This document shows, in pieces, positions 41,963-64,000 of a stretch of DNA of 64,000 bases. Numbering within the stretch: the first letter of the stretch is position 1; each line of letters begins with the position of its first letter. The position numbers were made by a program, and so were the translations under genes. A model generated the notes under the pieces. The model searched no databases. It was given only the letters and a program-made list of their open reading frames with translations, and was not told where the DNA came from. The stretch is from Chrysomallon squamiferum (taxonomy: Eukaryota > Animalia > Mollusca): positions 12,648,001 through 12,712,000 of the forward strand of contig CM022669.1 in assembly GCA_012295275.1 (NCBI GenBank). Direction: 5' to 3'.

Positions 41963-43042
41963 CTATGTGACAGAAATGTTAGAATTAGACAAGGAAGTCT
42001 GAGTCGTACTGTTGATGATATGCATGTTATTCATATGCAGACTGTAAACATTTGAGGTCTGTGGTTTCTTGCAGAGGAACAAGGCCCGCAACTCTTCACG
42101 AAATTTTCTCCCACTGACGCAGTATAAAACAAAATTGATGCAGTTATTCATGTACTGCAGCAGGTTTACAGACGCCCACATCAGACCATTAAAGTCCATG
42201 CCTTCGTCGTAGTGAAAAACGTTCGAGTATATCGTATAAATGCAAAATGGAGTAGTACACACAACGTAGGTTACACTCGTGGCAACCAACATGGCGGTCA
42301 AAGAAAAAGCCTGACTTTGACGTGGTAGCATTGACCGCTCCTGGTTGACGCTTCCATTCAAAGTGTTCATGTTCTGAATACGTCGATTGCTGACCGCAAC
42401 TTTGTAAATGATAGAAATGTTGCAGAAAGTTAAAATAGATGAAGGAAGGACACTATAGACGCAAAAATCCATCCAAGGCCAAATATTTTTTTCGAAAAGG
42501 AAATAATTCACGTATATGCCTTGACACTCTAAAACGACCGTTTCGTTTGCGATGTTAACAATTCTGTCTCCCAGACCGTAGAGGTAATGAGATGTGAGAA
42601 CCGTCATGAGCAAGATAATGGATAGGATTATTATATACGTCGTTCGCTTTGTACACATAGCTTTGACTCTGTGCGGAAACCACACAGCCCCGCATCTTTC
42701 CAGCGACACCGACACCAGCAGCCACGCCGATATGTAAGTAGTTGAATACGTAAGCCACGTGTGTATCTTGCAGGCGGCCTGACTGTAATTGCGAATGTCG
42801 TACTCTAGCAGGTAAAATATCCACTGTCGAAGCAGTCCCGTGCACAGAACCAAACAGTCAAACACTGCAAGAGATCTGAGATAGAGCGATGTCGTCGTGT
42901 GCTTCATCGGTGAAATAGATAAAACAACAAGAACTAAAATATTGCCCACGATTCCTATCGCTATCAGAGAAGGCGATAAATACTTCCACATTCCCATGGC
43001 AATTTTATATTCCCCAGACTCGGTATAGTCCATTTCATCCAT
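41963..43042 (-). CDS. Intronless class A 7TM GPCR, divergent subtype C, about 359 aa
   Basis: Intact ORF with first ATG at 43042 (MDEMDYTES). Motifs GIVGN, LAVFD, ERC, WPWMDFCVYS, CTTP, NNCINFVLY and GRKFREE. A polypyrimidine/AG acceptor at 43163 suggests a 5' UTR intron. Confidence 0.95.
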   Translation of the reverse strand: MDEMDYTESGEYKIAMGMWKYLSPSLIAIGIVGNILVLVVLSISPMKHTTTSLYLRSLAVFDCLVLCTGLLRQWIFYLLEYDIRNYSQAACKIHTWLTYSTTYISAWLLVSVSLERCGAVWFPHRVKAMCTKRTTYIIILSIILLMTVLTSHYLYGLGDRIVNIANETVVLECQGIYVNYFLFEKNIWPWMDFCVYSVLPSSILTFCNISIIYKVAVSNRRIQNMNTLNGSVNQERSMLPRQSQAFSLTAMLVATSVTYVVCTTPFCIYTIYSNVFHYDEGMDFNGLMWASVNLLQYMNNCINFVLYCVSGRKFREELRALFLCKKPQTSNVYSLHMNNMHIINSTTQTSLSNSNISVT

Positions 43043-44245
43043 GTTTACCAAAATTCTCTAAGTATCTTCAAAATATATTGCAGCCAGCATCAGTCACATC
43101 AGTTTTTTTACTTAATGTCACACGTTCACTCGTATTGTAACTCCATTCACTATACAACGCAACTGAAAAATTATTTAAAAAAAAAAAAAAAAACGTTTTG
43201 CGGTTACTCATACAGTGCTTGGATAAAATCGTAATATCAGCGACAAAGCACTGAAGCAGCTCTTGATATCTTTTTATTCAAAGCACGGAATGTGTAACAT
43301 CTCTCGGCGAAGGACGTCATGTATGTGGAGAAAGACGACTGCGACGTCAGCGTTTGATAAAGAGTGTGATAAATTCGAAATGTTTATCAATTAAGATGCT
43401 CTCAAAACATAACGAATTCCTTATCTTTGCTCTTCAACATGATACTACAGGTTCCCAGAGAATCGCATGCTGGACAATAGCAAACACTCGACGTACGGGG
43501 ACAAGGTATGTGTGAGCATATGTTTCGAACGTTAATTTAGAAAATGTCTGTTTTGCTCTGACAGTAAAAAAAAAAACTGGATACTAAAAATAAAATCGGG
43601 CCTATCGTTTCATTCACAGCTCAGATTATGATCAGATGAATGTAATGAGATATTCCATAAGCATCTAACTACATTAGTTCCGCCTCAATTTACTTTATTT
43701 AATAGGGAGACTATAATGACATTTGTTAGCTATTTTGATTAACAGTAATGGAACGAATGCGTATTTATTATCAAATGAAAAAAAGGGTGTGTTTAAACCC
43801 GTGTGGGCGTGTCTGGGTATTTGTATGTATTTATGTATGTATGTATGTATTTATGTATATAGGTATGTAGGTAGTTAGGTAGGTAGAGAAGGAGCTATGA
43901 ACATACATGCTGCATAAACATATATGCTCGTATGTCTGTGTATGTATAATTAATTATAATGGTAGATTGAAATTGTTCACAGGATACCCCTGCGCTATTC
44001 TCCATTCCATTTGTACTCCACTGTGGTTTTAACAAATACTTTGGTAAACAACTCGAAACAAAAATAAACACGACAACAACAACAACATCAATCTATAATG
44101 ACTGTCAGTAAGTAACACAACGCAATATCAGGTTAAACTAAAACCCATTGATTCACTCAGGGAAATCGCATTTTAATGACAGAATGCATTTAATAAAAGT
44201 TATTTATAGAAACTCACCCATTGCTGTATTCTCTATGAGGTTTGG

Positions 44246-44825
<580 letters not shown>

Positions 44826-45216
44826 CCAAATGAAAAACAGATTAACAATTTGATATTACGTGAGAGAAATTATGTGGTGACATGTAATACACATTTTAAA
44901 CAAACTGTTTTGATTTACATCCTGAAGATCACATTTCTAGGGAAAATATTTACCATTGGATAGTTCAAATGTTCCTTACTGTAATACCCAGCAGTCGATT
45001 ACTGTTTTATATTCTCTGCAATCGTTAATTCCAGTCCCTGTGGGAACTATACTGAATTACGAATACACTGAACTCTTAGTTCTTGGACCAAACTGTTTGG
45101 CGAAGTAGAGGTCACGACAGACGTGCTTGACCAATTCGGTTAATAAATGCATTAATTAGTTGACTTCTGTTGCAGTTTTGTTGTTTACATTGAATTTATC
45201 AGCTCATAATTTCCAC

Positions 45217-45290
<74 letters not shown>

Positions 45291-45534
45291 GTACTACTAC
45301 TAATAATAATAAATGAAAAATGTATGTGTATATATATATATACAAAGTGAAGCTTTTAAATGAAATTTATTGAAATACCATTAATCCGTTCTAGCCCACC
45401 AAAAAAACCCACCCCAATTTTGTATAATGTGTGCTCTAATAAGAAAAATATGTGTATAAATGACAAATATTGTATTAAAACAAAATAAAAGAGAATGTAA
45501 AGAAATAAATTCGTTTTGTAAAGTGTACAAGGTG

Positions 45535-46035
45535 ATGGTTTATCCATCTTTTCATGGACAGAGGTCCGCAGCTTAGAAATTATTTTGACGCCTTTCACTG
45601 GAGTTATAGCCTTTATGGACGCCTTCTGCTTCAGTATGATACATATCGTAAAAATACTACGCTCGTTCTGCATAGCCATGTTGACTACATACACATCTTA
45701 CTCATGTTTTTCTATGATTTCATGCTTTAATTCAATGGACATCATCCGCTTCAACTTCTCAGCACTGTCCTTTGCACTCACTTTCTTAGGATCCATGGAA
45801 ATTTGGCAAAATGCTGCAGAAAACGCGAGGACAAGACAACAGAGATGCTTCCACGGCGAGGTAACAACGTGAAGCAAACGAGTGAGACGCGGGATGCTGG
45901 ACGGATGTTGTGTTGTTCGTTGCGCCTACTAGCTGAAGTTGGCTCGTAACTTGGATTATGGCTCGCAACTCAAAGCAAAAAATCGACCAGGCGGCTGCTT
46001 TTATCTTGGAAAACTCGTAACTCGAGGTACCACTG
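45535..46035 (-). mobile_element. 5' fragment of a Tigger/pogo DNA transposon (TIR plus CENP-B-type HTH N-terminus of the transposase)
   Basis: Terminus CAGTGGTACCTCGAGTTACGAG (reverse complement ending at 46035) is flanked by TA. From the ATG at 45796: MDPKKVSAKDSAEKLKRMMSIELKHEIIEKHE*DVYVVNMAMQNERSIFTICIILKQKASIKAITPVKGVKIISKLRTSVHEKMDK, a Tigger-type psq/HTH region with one stop, truncated before the DDE domain. Confidence 0.88.
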
Positions 46036-46606
46036 TATACATATATAAAACTATCATATAATGTTTATAATACAATCTGTTATTATTAATTGTTTTGTTA
46101 GAAGAAGACAATAGTGCATTTTATTCCTTCTAAGGAACGATACTTAATTTATTAGTTAACATTTTCTGTAAACAATATCGACAGATCGAGTCATTAATAT
46201 CGATTATCAGACAGAAAATCTGTGTTCTAATTGTGGATTACAGGGCCCGTTTTCAGTTATGTTCCAATAATTATTAATTTCGTTTGTTTTCGTCATCTTA
46301 TCTGTCCTTATGAATATTCAAAGACTAATTTATTTGGCTTCTAATTTTCACTGCACTTATTAATGGGCCGTACATGATCTGTTCATAGCGATAAACAAGA
46401 TAGCTTATGTTGACTTTTTTTTTTTCAGCAGTATGAATAACCATAGCTTTTTTTATTTAAAATTATAAATTCCGTGATATTTTAAATTTGTGTTGACATT
46501 TGCAAATAAGGTGCTAATTAGTACGTGACCCTAAGAATAGTTAGTTTTATAAGAAAGTAAATAAGAAAATAGTTACATAAGTAAATACAAGAAATTATAA
46601 ATCACA

Positions 46607-46667
<61 letters not shown>

Positions 46668-47769
46668 GTGATTCATAATTTCGTTTATTTACTTATGTTA
46701 TATATATTTACATTTGTGTGGATTAACATGATTTTCAGGAATATGTTGTCAAAAACATCAGAGACTTCGTGTAATCTGGGATATATATAGAACACAAAAA
46801 AACTAACAAAACGCATTTATTTATTCCGGGATCGTTTGTTGTAACATTCGTTAAACCGAAAACAACGGAAATTTCACAGTTTGCTCTGTTTTCATTGATG
46901 CTATCTTCACTCGATTATCAGTTCAATAAACTAAAGGACCGACCGAGGCATTGATTTTTTTCTTTTGTCGGATTTGCCTTTTTTCTGAACTAATGTAGTT
47001 GTCATTTGTAAAAAAAAACATATCTTCAGAAGAATGTATTGTTTTGTTTGTTTTTTATCGGCGTAGAACTCAGATCATCTCAGTAAAATACTATTGACAA
47101 AGTATTACATTTTTCCTTAATTAAAATCAGATACCGTAGATACAAAAACGCTTTCTCACTCTCTGCCATATCTTTGCTCTGTGTTTCTTCTCTTCTTTTT
47201 TTTTCTTACTCTTTATTTCTTTCTCTCTATTTCTCTTTTCCTCCTTTCTCTTTCTATCTCTATATCTTTTTTTTCTATCCTATAATTACCATTCTTTTAA
47301 TCTCAGCCCAAATAACAAAATCATTTACGAAAACAAAATAACAACTAATATGTACGTTACAAATATATAGGAAGTATATGATTAAAATACACGAATATGT
47401 GAAATGAAAATATTAATGATATGTCACCGATTTTTAATTTTTTTTTAGCGCAGATGTTTATTACTTATCTAAACTGAATGATATATAAAATAATCACAGG
47501 TGTTTATTCTAATTAGTTTGTTTCGTATTTAGCATTAGTTCCGCTTGTTATAATACAAAATGATCACCTGTCATTATATCGATTTGACACGTTATTAAGT
47601 GTTCGTACTTATTACTAGGGGCATGCAAACAGTAATAACGTTTGATCATGTGACAAAAAAAATATGTAGAACAAGCAGGCTGAATAATATTTCGTATATT
47701 AATCATTATACATAACACACAGAATCGGTTTTCTAAAGCAGAACCCACTTTTCGTGTGTTCCGTTGTAT

Positions 47770-47958
47770 GATCAAAAAATAAATAAAAATAAAAATAAAT
47801 ATAAATATAAAAAGAAAATGAAAAAAAGAAAGAAAAAGAAAAAGAAAAAGAAAGAAATAAAATGTATAAAAATAAAATAAAATAAATATATATAAAAATA
47901 AAAAATATAAAAATAGTATTTTACATCGTTGTTTTCATTCTGATTATTATTATTATTA

Positions 47959-48005
<47 letters not shown>

Positions 48006-49527
48006 CATTATTTTTTTTTAATGTTTTGTTGCAGAAAACAATATTTCATATGCAAATTTACCCTTGATAAAGCACTTGTTAATTGTGGAGCACAGGTTGG
48101 AATTGTTAAAGATCACAGATAGAATCGAAAAGGACTGTTACACGTATTATTCCTCACTTTTTCTATTAAGGCAACCAACGTTTGCTAACGATAAAGTATT
48201 ATTATTATTACTACCACTACTGCGTCTATTACTACTACTATTATTATTACTGTTATTACTACTATTACTATTATTATTTTAATCATCATCAAAATCATCA
48301 TCATTACCACAGCTACTATTAGCACTAGTACTGTATTACTACTAATTGAAATACAACAACAAAAACAACCACTACTGCTATTACAATTATCATCATTATT
48401 ATTATTATTGCTGTTGTTGTTATGGTTATTATTATTATTATTACTACTGACAATGTATTTTTCTGTAATCAAGTCTTCTATTTCACAATTTTCCTTTTAA
48501 ACTTTCCGTTGTTGTCGTTTGAATCTAGCTCTATTTTGAACCGACCATGTTAACAAACATACATTATTTGAATACGCATATTTCAATTTACACGTTCAAT
48601 AACAGCAATTATTGTTATTGAATTTTACATCACAGCATCTGGTACAGAACAATCGTATCTTTTAACGTACCATGCATTGTTAGTATTATCGCCCCATCCA
48701 TTATACACATAATGTATATATACAGTTGGACTGGATATATATATCTTCCAGTCTGTCTGTCTGTTCATCCAAATAGAAATTAAATAAATGCACTGATACT
48801 TAAACAGATGGATAAACAGATAGATTAAAAAATAAATGTACAGACAGACAGATGGTTTGACGTTCATTCACACACATTTCACTCATGGATTATAAAAATA
48901 GTTTGCGTAAGTCACACGAAGCAGGTATGTTACAGGTATGTCTATCTGTATGTGTGCGTATGTGTGTGTGAGTGTGTAATATACATGCGTCTGTATGTAT
49001 CCGTTTAAAGTAAATATACATTATTAATTATCTGCAATAATACAAAAATTCATAGCATCATTCGAAAATAACTAATAACTAAAATTAAAAAAAAAAATTA
49101 AAAAAAAAGATTAAAAAAATAAAAATAACAATAAAAACAAAAAATATTAAAAAATACAACAACAAAACAAAATAAACAACGACAACAAAAACAAAACAGA
49201 AAAAAAGCGAATAAATCAAAATATTGACGACATTTTTTTCAGTGTGTGTGGTCAGCCCATTTTGTGTTGACATGCTTCGCATGACGGATTAACATCAGAC
49301 TGTCATTGTCACTGGAGTTACATAGTCCCCTTTCTTTGCCCCAGAGATAACTTTCTATCCGTCAGGTGTCCGGCACAGTAAGGGCCGATCCTGAATTTCA
49401 GAAAGGGGGTGTTAATTATGATACTACATTATTATTGTTGTTGTTATAGAAATTGTTGTGTTATTGTTATCATTTTTATCATTATTATTGTCATGTCTTT
49501 GTTGTTGCTCTCCTTTTTTTTCTTCTT

Positions 49528-49594
<67 letters not shown>

Positions 49595-51116
49595 TAGTAG
49601 TAGTAGTAGTAGCTTTACTTTATATTAAAACATTTTTTTTTTTGTTTATCTTGTTGCTTCAGTTACCGGCGTTTTCATGTTATTCGTCACAGAGAAAAAA
49701 CAATTACTATAACAAGAAATTATCCAATGATATTACCATTACTGTGATAGCTATTGCTTATGCTACTATTACTACTACTACTAGAAGTACTATTTCTAAT
49801 AATAGTACTGTTAGTAATAATGAAAATCACATTATATAGTTACGGTAAATTTAATAATGCAATTACCACTACTACTACCATGACTACCATCAACACCGTC
49901 GCCACTGTTATTACTGCTATATCTGGAGCTACTACCACTACTACCACTACTACTACTACTACTACTACTATTACTACTACTACTAGTAATATTATTATAC
50001 TGCATTATCTAAGTACACTATAACCATGATACATTATTCACTGTTAATAATACTGATACTGATATTACTATCCGTCTTTTTTTCTGTATATCTACACGTA
50101 GGTGGTTTCCCAAAGATCTGGGGCGGATGCGCGGGATGCACAGCACAACCCACCCCACTCTGAGTCCGCTCATAACGACAGAACTTGATAATAGTCGACT
50201 TGTTCCTGGAATTAATGCTTGTGTTTAAACTGAATGAAGCTTTCACCGCGTGACAAACGAGTTTCTGAAGGACAAAAGACTCGCAGCGTTGTATTCTAAA
50301 CAAATGTGACAATTTACACTTTGCTTTTCTCTTTAGCCGTGTTGTGTGAAATGGGAAGACTCCACAGACAAAAAAGAAAGCTGTCGCTCGGGTGACATTT
50401 TTGACGGGAATTCCAGGTTTGTCTTGTCCTTTGTGTCACTTCGTTAGAACGATGTCATCTGAAATTTGTGTAGAATGGGGAATGAGGAAGTACCGGAAGA
50501 CGACGTTGTTGTTTTTTGTTGTTGTTGTTGTTGTTGTTGATGATGTTGCTACTTTTACTACTGTTATTACTATAGTACTGTTAGCAGCAGTAGTCATGGT
50601 AGTAGAACAGTAATAGTAGCAAAAGTGATCAGTTGTAGTAGCAGCTGAAGTAGCAGTAGTAATAGAATTAGTATATTATAATTATAAGTAGTAATATTAA
50701 TAGTAGCTCTACTGTTAGAAGTAATAATACAAACCGTATTAATATTAGTATTATTAGTCTTAGTATTAATGCTGTTAGTATTAATTTTGATATTATTAGT
50801 ATTAATATTAATTTTATTGGTATTAATGTCAATATTAGTATTAGTATTAATATTATTAGTATTAATAGAAGTATTAATAGCAACAGAAAAAAAAAACAGA
50901 ATAGCATTATTAGTAGTAGTAGATAGAAACGGTATTAATATTAGTATTAGTAACAGTAACATTAACAATAGATACATTATGGTTAATGAATTTATAATTA
51001 TAATACGAAACAATTTTATTGACAAAAACAACATAATAATTCATTTGATGTTATATTTAAAGAAAACATGTCCTAACGTGTAAGTTAATCTTTAATGTAT
51101 TTCATGTATTTATTAG

Positions 51117-51180
<64 letters not shown>

Positions 51181-51260
51181 CCTGAGATTATGTTAACGTT
51201 AAGTCTATAGCGATTTATTTATTTTATGTTTTAATAATAATAATAATAATAATTAAAAAA
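47770..51260. repeat. Low-complexity mosaic of trinucleotide (TAT/TAG/TAC/AAT) and CA repeats
   Basis: Interspersed simple repeats giving poly-I/L/T/V pseudo-ORFs. Confidence 0.8.
49410..49720. repeat. Local duplicate of about 53940-54240
   Basis: agctttacttt.tattaa.acatttt...atcttgttg.ttcagtt.ccg.cgttttcatgtta.tcgtcacagagaaaa is present at both sites. Confidence 0.75.
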
Positions 51261-51628
51261 AAATAATAATACAATCGAAAGAAAAAGCAAAAAGTACTCA
51301 TCGTCACAAACATCAGCGCCTAATTTAAACTGAAAAGCACAAACAGTATATTATTTATTTATTTATTTTTCATTTAAATACCTCTCAATTAAAAACAGAA
51401 GAAAAAGAAACAAAAATATCCAAAAATAAAGAACCACATAACAAAGGGTTAAGAATGTTTATTGTTCAGATAAAAAAGAAAAGAATTCCAAGGACGTCAA
51501 AGGCGCATGCGTGGCCCGATCTCTTCAAGGTCAATGAAACAAAGAGGAAAACGAAATCTGAAGACTGTAAACTTCTCTAGTCAAGTTGATTTGAAGAAAT
51601 ATTAACTGTGTTTGTAACATGGCTTGAG

Positions 51629-59384
<7,756 letters not shown>

Positions 59385-61067
59385 CTGAGAGACATGCAAG
59401 AAAGATATGTGCAAAAATACGTGGAGGTGTTCATATGAATTCAGTTTATATTTGTCTGATAGTGTGAAATATAAATAAATACAAGTGAAGATCTGTAATT
59501 ATTAACTCGGGTTATAGTTGGTCGATTGGTGCTACGCGACAGAACGAGAATGATGTTTGTATATAAATATAGAGAATATTTAATTCAGGAAAGATATGTA
59601 TTTATAATAATCAAAAGAATAGATTCTGAAATTTTAGCTGTGATTATGTGGTGTTAAGATAAAGATGTAATTGTATTGTCATGTTAGAAAATAACATGGA
59701 ATAAATTTCATACTGTCGCAGGTCAGGTCTTTTTTTTTTTTTTTTTTTTTTGTTTGTATTTAATAATGGTTTTTCGTATATTCGTTGAATTTCTTTTTTC
59801 TTTTTTGTTGTTTAGTTATCGTTTAAATAGTGATGTTTATTTTGGTTGTTGATGTTCTCTTCATATTAAATTAAAAACAAATTAATTAAATAAAAATAAT
59901 AACTGAATGAAATAATATTTTTATGGAAATAATAATAAAATGCATTGTATTCATTAATTCAGTATTATTTTGAGAGAAATAATGAAGTTTGATGAAAACA
60001 AAGTTAATTCAACTAAAAGTAATACAAGCCAGAAAGAAAGAAATAAAATATTATAAAAACAGTTAAAAACAAGAAATCTTGAAGTGGAATCTAATCTGAC
60101 GGCTCCTGTACTTTTTTTGTTTGTTTGTGAGCATAGGAAACAGTGCAGATTAATTAGGACGAAAACGTACCCTAATTACCTGTTTTAATATTGTAAGACT
60201 TCTTGCAAAATAAAATTTAAAACCCCAGTTAGCTGAAGAATGTCCATTTTTATATAACGTCATGATCATTATGATATCATAGCCGCGCATCCTTTTGATC
60301 TCTCAACCTTTGCGTTTATTACTTCGCTTGGAACAATAACTGTATTTATATCTTTATTTAACAACACTAGTATTTACTGTTTAACGATTGTTTAATGAAA
60401 CGAGATAATTGTAGTGAGAGAAAATAATCACACCCACATCCACAAACACACATCTACAAAAGCAACACCCAAAAACCAGAAACAAAAAATAACATAAATA
60501 AAAAAGATTAAAATAACATAAAAATAAAATAAAAAAAAAAAATAAATAAAATACAAATAAATAAAAACGTTTAATCTAAAATAATACTAATATTTACCTT
60601 TCCAATTAATTTCATTCCAGATTTGTGGGTTCCTGATTTAGGTGTAGCATATACGTATATTTCAACAGGAACAACAGAAACTGAAAACAAAATATTTTAG
60701 AATAACTTCTTCAGTGATGTCTACATTCTTTTGTTGTTGTTATCGTACTGCTTGCTCTTGTTGTTCTTATTAACGCTTTTGGTGTATTCACGCAACGAGT
60801 ACATTTTGTCGTCTGCAGTATGCACCCTAGTTCACTGAAAGCACGTGCATCACGGATACGTTGTCAGACAGGATCAGTGACAACAGACGAGTGGCTTACA
60901 AGACTGCAATGAAAAGTACTCGAACTTTGATCACCATCGGTAACCACTATTGTTTTTCTTAGGTCTTTTTTGTTTTGTTTTACTGGGTAAGGCAGTAAAA
61001 TATTTAGTTCGTTTCATTACTTACAAGGATATATCTGAGGTATACTGGCGTTAAATTGTTTTATTTT

Positions 61068-61413
61068 ATGGCAAAACGCAAAGGAGGTACGTGTTACCGA
61101 TCAGACGCTCCTCGAATATCGACAGATAATTTATTTTGTGCTTGGCAACCAAAAACATGGATCTCGAAACGATATGTAACTTTAGGTGAGTTATTTATAT
61201 TTTTTTATATATACGTAATAAATGGTCAGATGAGGACTACTGATCATGAGTAAGTATTCAAATGAATGACAGAGCAAAAACTCAAGTGTTAACTTATTGT
61301 GTGATATTTTCATGTGTCGTAATGTCATAACAATAATCACTGGAATAACATAAAATAGAGACAGAGAGAGACATAAATACGTCCATACGTACGTACATAC
61401 ATACATGCATTAT

Positions 61414-61462
<49 letters not shown>

Positions 61463-61666
61463 ACACACATGCTTACTGATATGTGTTCAACCAAAAAATC
61501 ATAGTTGTTTTACTTTTAGGGTCTATATATGCGTGTGTGAATAACATCCAAATCCATTTATCCGTCACAGTCACACATCTATCCATAACATTTCAAACCT
61601 AAGATTTCTTCAAACAATTTTATTTATTTTGTTTTATTATGTTTATTATTATTATTTTTTAAATAT

Positions 61667-61709
<43 letters not shown>

Positions 61710-62953
61710 TTTCACAGGGTTGTTGGCAGCGACTGTTGCGTATCTGATGTTGGGACATTCAGCTCAGCTGCTGTGTAACTTCATTGGTTTTATCTACCCT
61801 GCTTATGCCTCGTAAGTGTCCAACTAAAATATTTTGATGTTTCTGTTACACTGTTCACCATTACAGCTGTTACTCTGTAACAGTTTAATTAAAAACTGTT
61901 GTATATTTTCATGCCTGCAGAACGGCGCGTATAAAAATATCTGGATGCTTTTATTTGTGATAAAAATTAATTTTGTAATATTAATTTAAAAATACGATGA
62001 AATTTATAAAAAATAATAATAATAAAAAAATTCATGCTAACCATCCATGTTAAAAAATGTCAAACATCTATGTATGCTTTGTGAAACTTTTAAAAAAATG
62101 ATTTGTTAAGAATGAGTTATAACTTTTCTCCCATAAAAGCCAAACTCCAGAGATATAGATAATCACCATCAAGCAAATCGTTTTTTTGAAACATTAACTA
62201 GGAAAGGAACTCTTTCAGTTTGTTGTTTACTGTTTTTCAGTGTAAAAGCCATAGAGACTGGTGGAAAGGAAGATGACACGAAATGGCTGACTTATTGGGT
62301 GTTCTACAGCGTGTTCACACTTCTAGAACTCTTCATCGACTTTCTGCTTTTCTGGATTCCTTTCTACTGGCTCTTTAAGGTATTTCTCTGGCATATTTTG
62401 AAATCTGTAGGTAGAGAGATCAAATCTATTTCCATTTAAAATGGCCAGAAACTTCTCTCTGTTAAAAAGCATAATGAGTTGCAGTTAGGTCTGTATGCCA
62501 ACATAACCAGTTCTGAGCTTCTATCTAGTATATATATATATATACACATCAAAGTCAGTGGTTTGTGCTATGCTGTCTGTGAGGTAGAGTATATTTCAAA
62601 TCACTTGTTGCTAATGAAGAAAGAGAAATAGTCCATCATATGTTTGCAGTGCAATTCCTCTTTTCCTGTTCTGATGGCCCTTAATGATAAGTCTTTGTCC
62701 ACTGAATTATTGATAAAGTTGCAAAACAGAAATTCAGGAAATTCAAATACTTTGGAGTCATAATTTGGAAATTTTATGAAATAAAAAAAAGAAAATAAAT
62801 AAATAAATAAAGACAATAAACACTGAAGAGGTTATTCTAGTTTATGTAATATTTTCCATTATCATACAACTTAATCCCTGATTTTTACAATGTCATCAGT
62901 AAATATTAAAATATTTTAAATTGATAAGTAACAATTTTGTTTCTTTTTATCCA

Positions 62954-62992
<39 letters not shown>

Positions 62993-63813
62993 CAGCATGT
63001 ATTATTAATATTTTTAGTTAAAAAATTGTTCAGGTACACTAATTCAGTTTGTTTTGTTCTACAGTGCATCTTTCTGCTGTGGTGTGTTGCACCAGTCAAG
63101 TACAATGGATCAAGAGTTATGTACACTTGTTTTATCAGACCTTTTGTTCTCAAACAAGAGGAACAAATGGATAAAGTTCTTCGTGACGGAATGGCCACAA
63201 TAAACGAAGGTAAACTCAGAATAAATAAATAAATAAATAAAAAAATAAAAATTTTGAAATATATATATATGTTTATATCTGTATTACATGTAAAGATGAT
63301 ATTTTAATTTAAATACTAAGATAAACAAACCCACCAAACAACAGTAATAACAGTAGTTATCATGATGATAATAAAAAATATTAGTAGTATTAAATATAGT
63401 GAAAGTGACAGCAACAGCAATGGTAATAATAATAATGGTGATGGTTGTAGTAGTTGTAGTACCTTTAATGTAAATACTGCTACAACTATAACTACTGTTG
63501 CCACTACTACTACTACTACTACATCTGATACAATTACTATTATGACTGTTACTACTATTGCTCCTACTACAGTAACTACTATAACTACTACTGCTATTAC
63601 TTTTACAATGGCTACTACTATTATACACACTGCTACAAATGTAGAAAGTATCTCCTTATTATAAATAAATAAATAAATAAAACAAAATAAAATAGAATTT
63701 AATTAACATACAAACAGTCTGATTTATATTTGTCTTTCTCTACAGTTCAAAATGTAGCTGGAACTGCTTTGAGAAATGAAGCTTACAGACGAATGATGAA
63801 CATGGTCAACTGA
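61068..63813 (+). CDS. REEP5: Receptor expression-enhancing protein, REEP5/6 subfamily (TB2/DP1/HVA22/Yop1), 187 aa, 5 exons
   Basis: Exons: 61068-61185 (...[12 protein letters not shown], then gtgagt); 61718-61811 ([15 protein letters not shown]); 62241-62379 ([25 protein letters not shown]...WIPFYWLFK); 63065-63209 ([28 protein letters not shown]); 63746-63813 (stop). All GT-AG and phase-consistent. Exon 1 is divergent and the least certain. Confidence 0.93.
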
Positions 63814-63881
63814 TTTAACTGTCTACAGAATGAACTACGATGATATCTTCTCAACACTTGAACTAATATGAATATACTTCC

Positions 63882-63887
63882 AATAAA
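63882..63887 (+). terminator. Candidate polyadenylation signal of the REEP gene
   Basis: AATAAA about 70 nt after the stop codon; common by chance in AT-rich DNA. Confidence 0.35.
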
Positions 63888-64000
63888 ATACTGAACACGT
63901 TATCAGCAGTAATAATGAAATTCTCAGTCGAAATTCTCTTTCAAGGGAGGTAAATCATTCAAATGAGAGTTTTTTTTGTAAAACTGTTCTTTACAGCAGT

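Noticed and set aside
43260-43511. Plus-strand donor aag|gtatgt suggesting a divergent transcript from the GPCR C upstream region
   Set aside because: A lone donor consensus with no linked ORF or acceptor; needs RNA evidence.
49381-50173. Possible Harbinger/hAT-like MITE ends enclosing the duplicated segment
   Set aside because: Putative TIRs match only about 9 of 15 bases and no target duplication is evident.
47770-51100. Many hydrophobic poly-L/I/V/T ORFs that look like membrane proteins
   Set aside because: Trinucleotide simple repeats, open in several frames on both strands.

Overview
AT-rich, microsatellite-dense eukaryotic DNA from an invertebrate, most likely a lophotrochozoan/mollusc (inferred from gene families, not established). 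Left to right: (1) a decayed DIRS/Ngaro-type retroelement (1-1745) with a second relic at about 7950-8730; (2) a spliced minus-strand gene whose large second exon encodes a ParB/sulfiredoxin-superfamily-like domain (DGNRRL motif), followed by small basic/Ser-rich exons; (3) a roughly 28-kb birth-and-death cluster of single-coding-exon class A GPCRs (FMRFamide-receptor-like/GPR139-like group) with three intact ORFs, one copy broken by a single 1-bp frameshift, and at least three pseudogenes or fragments, one a chimera, all embedded in local duplications; (4) a pogo-like MITE and the 5' fragment of a Tigger transposon; (5) a secreted TSP1+NTR (ADAMTSL5-like) gene that seems to lack the Cys-rich/spacer module; (6) a complete five-exon REEP5/6 (DP1/Yop1) gene. 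No rRNA, tRNA or CRISPR was seen. Most short ORFs in the track are microsatellite artefacts. All exon models were built by hand from GT-AG sites and reading-frame phase.
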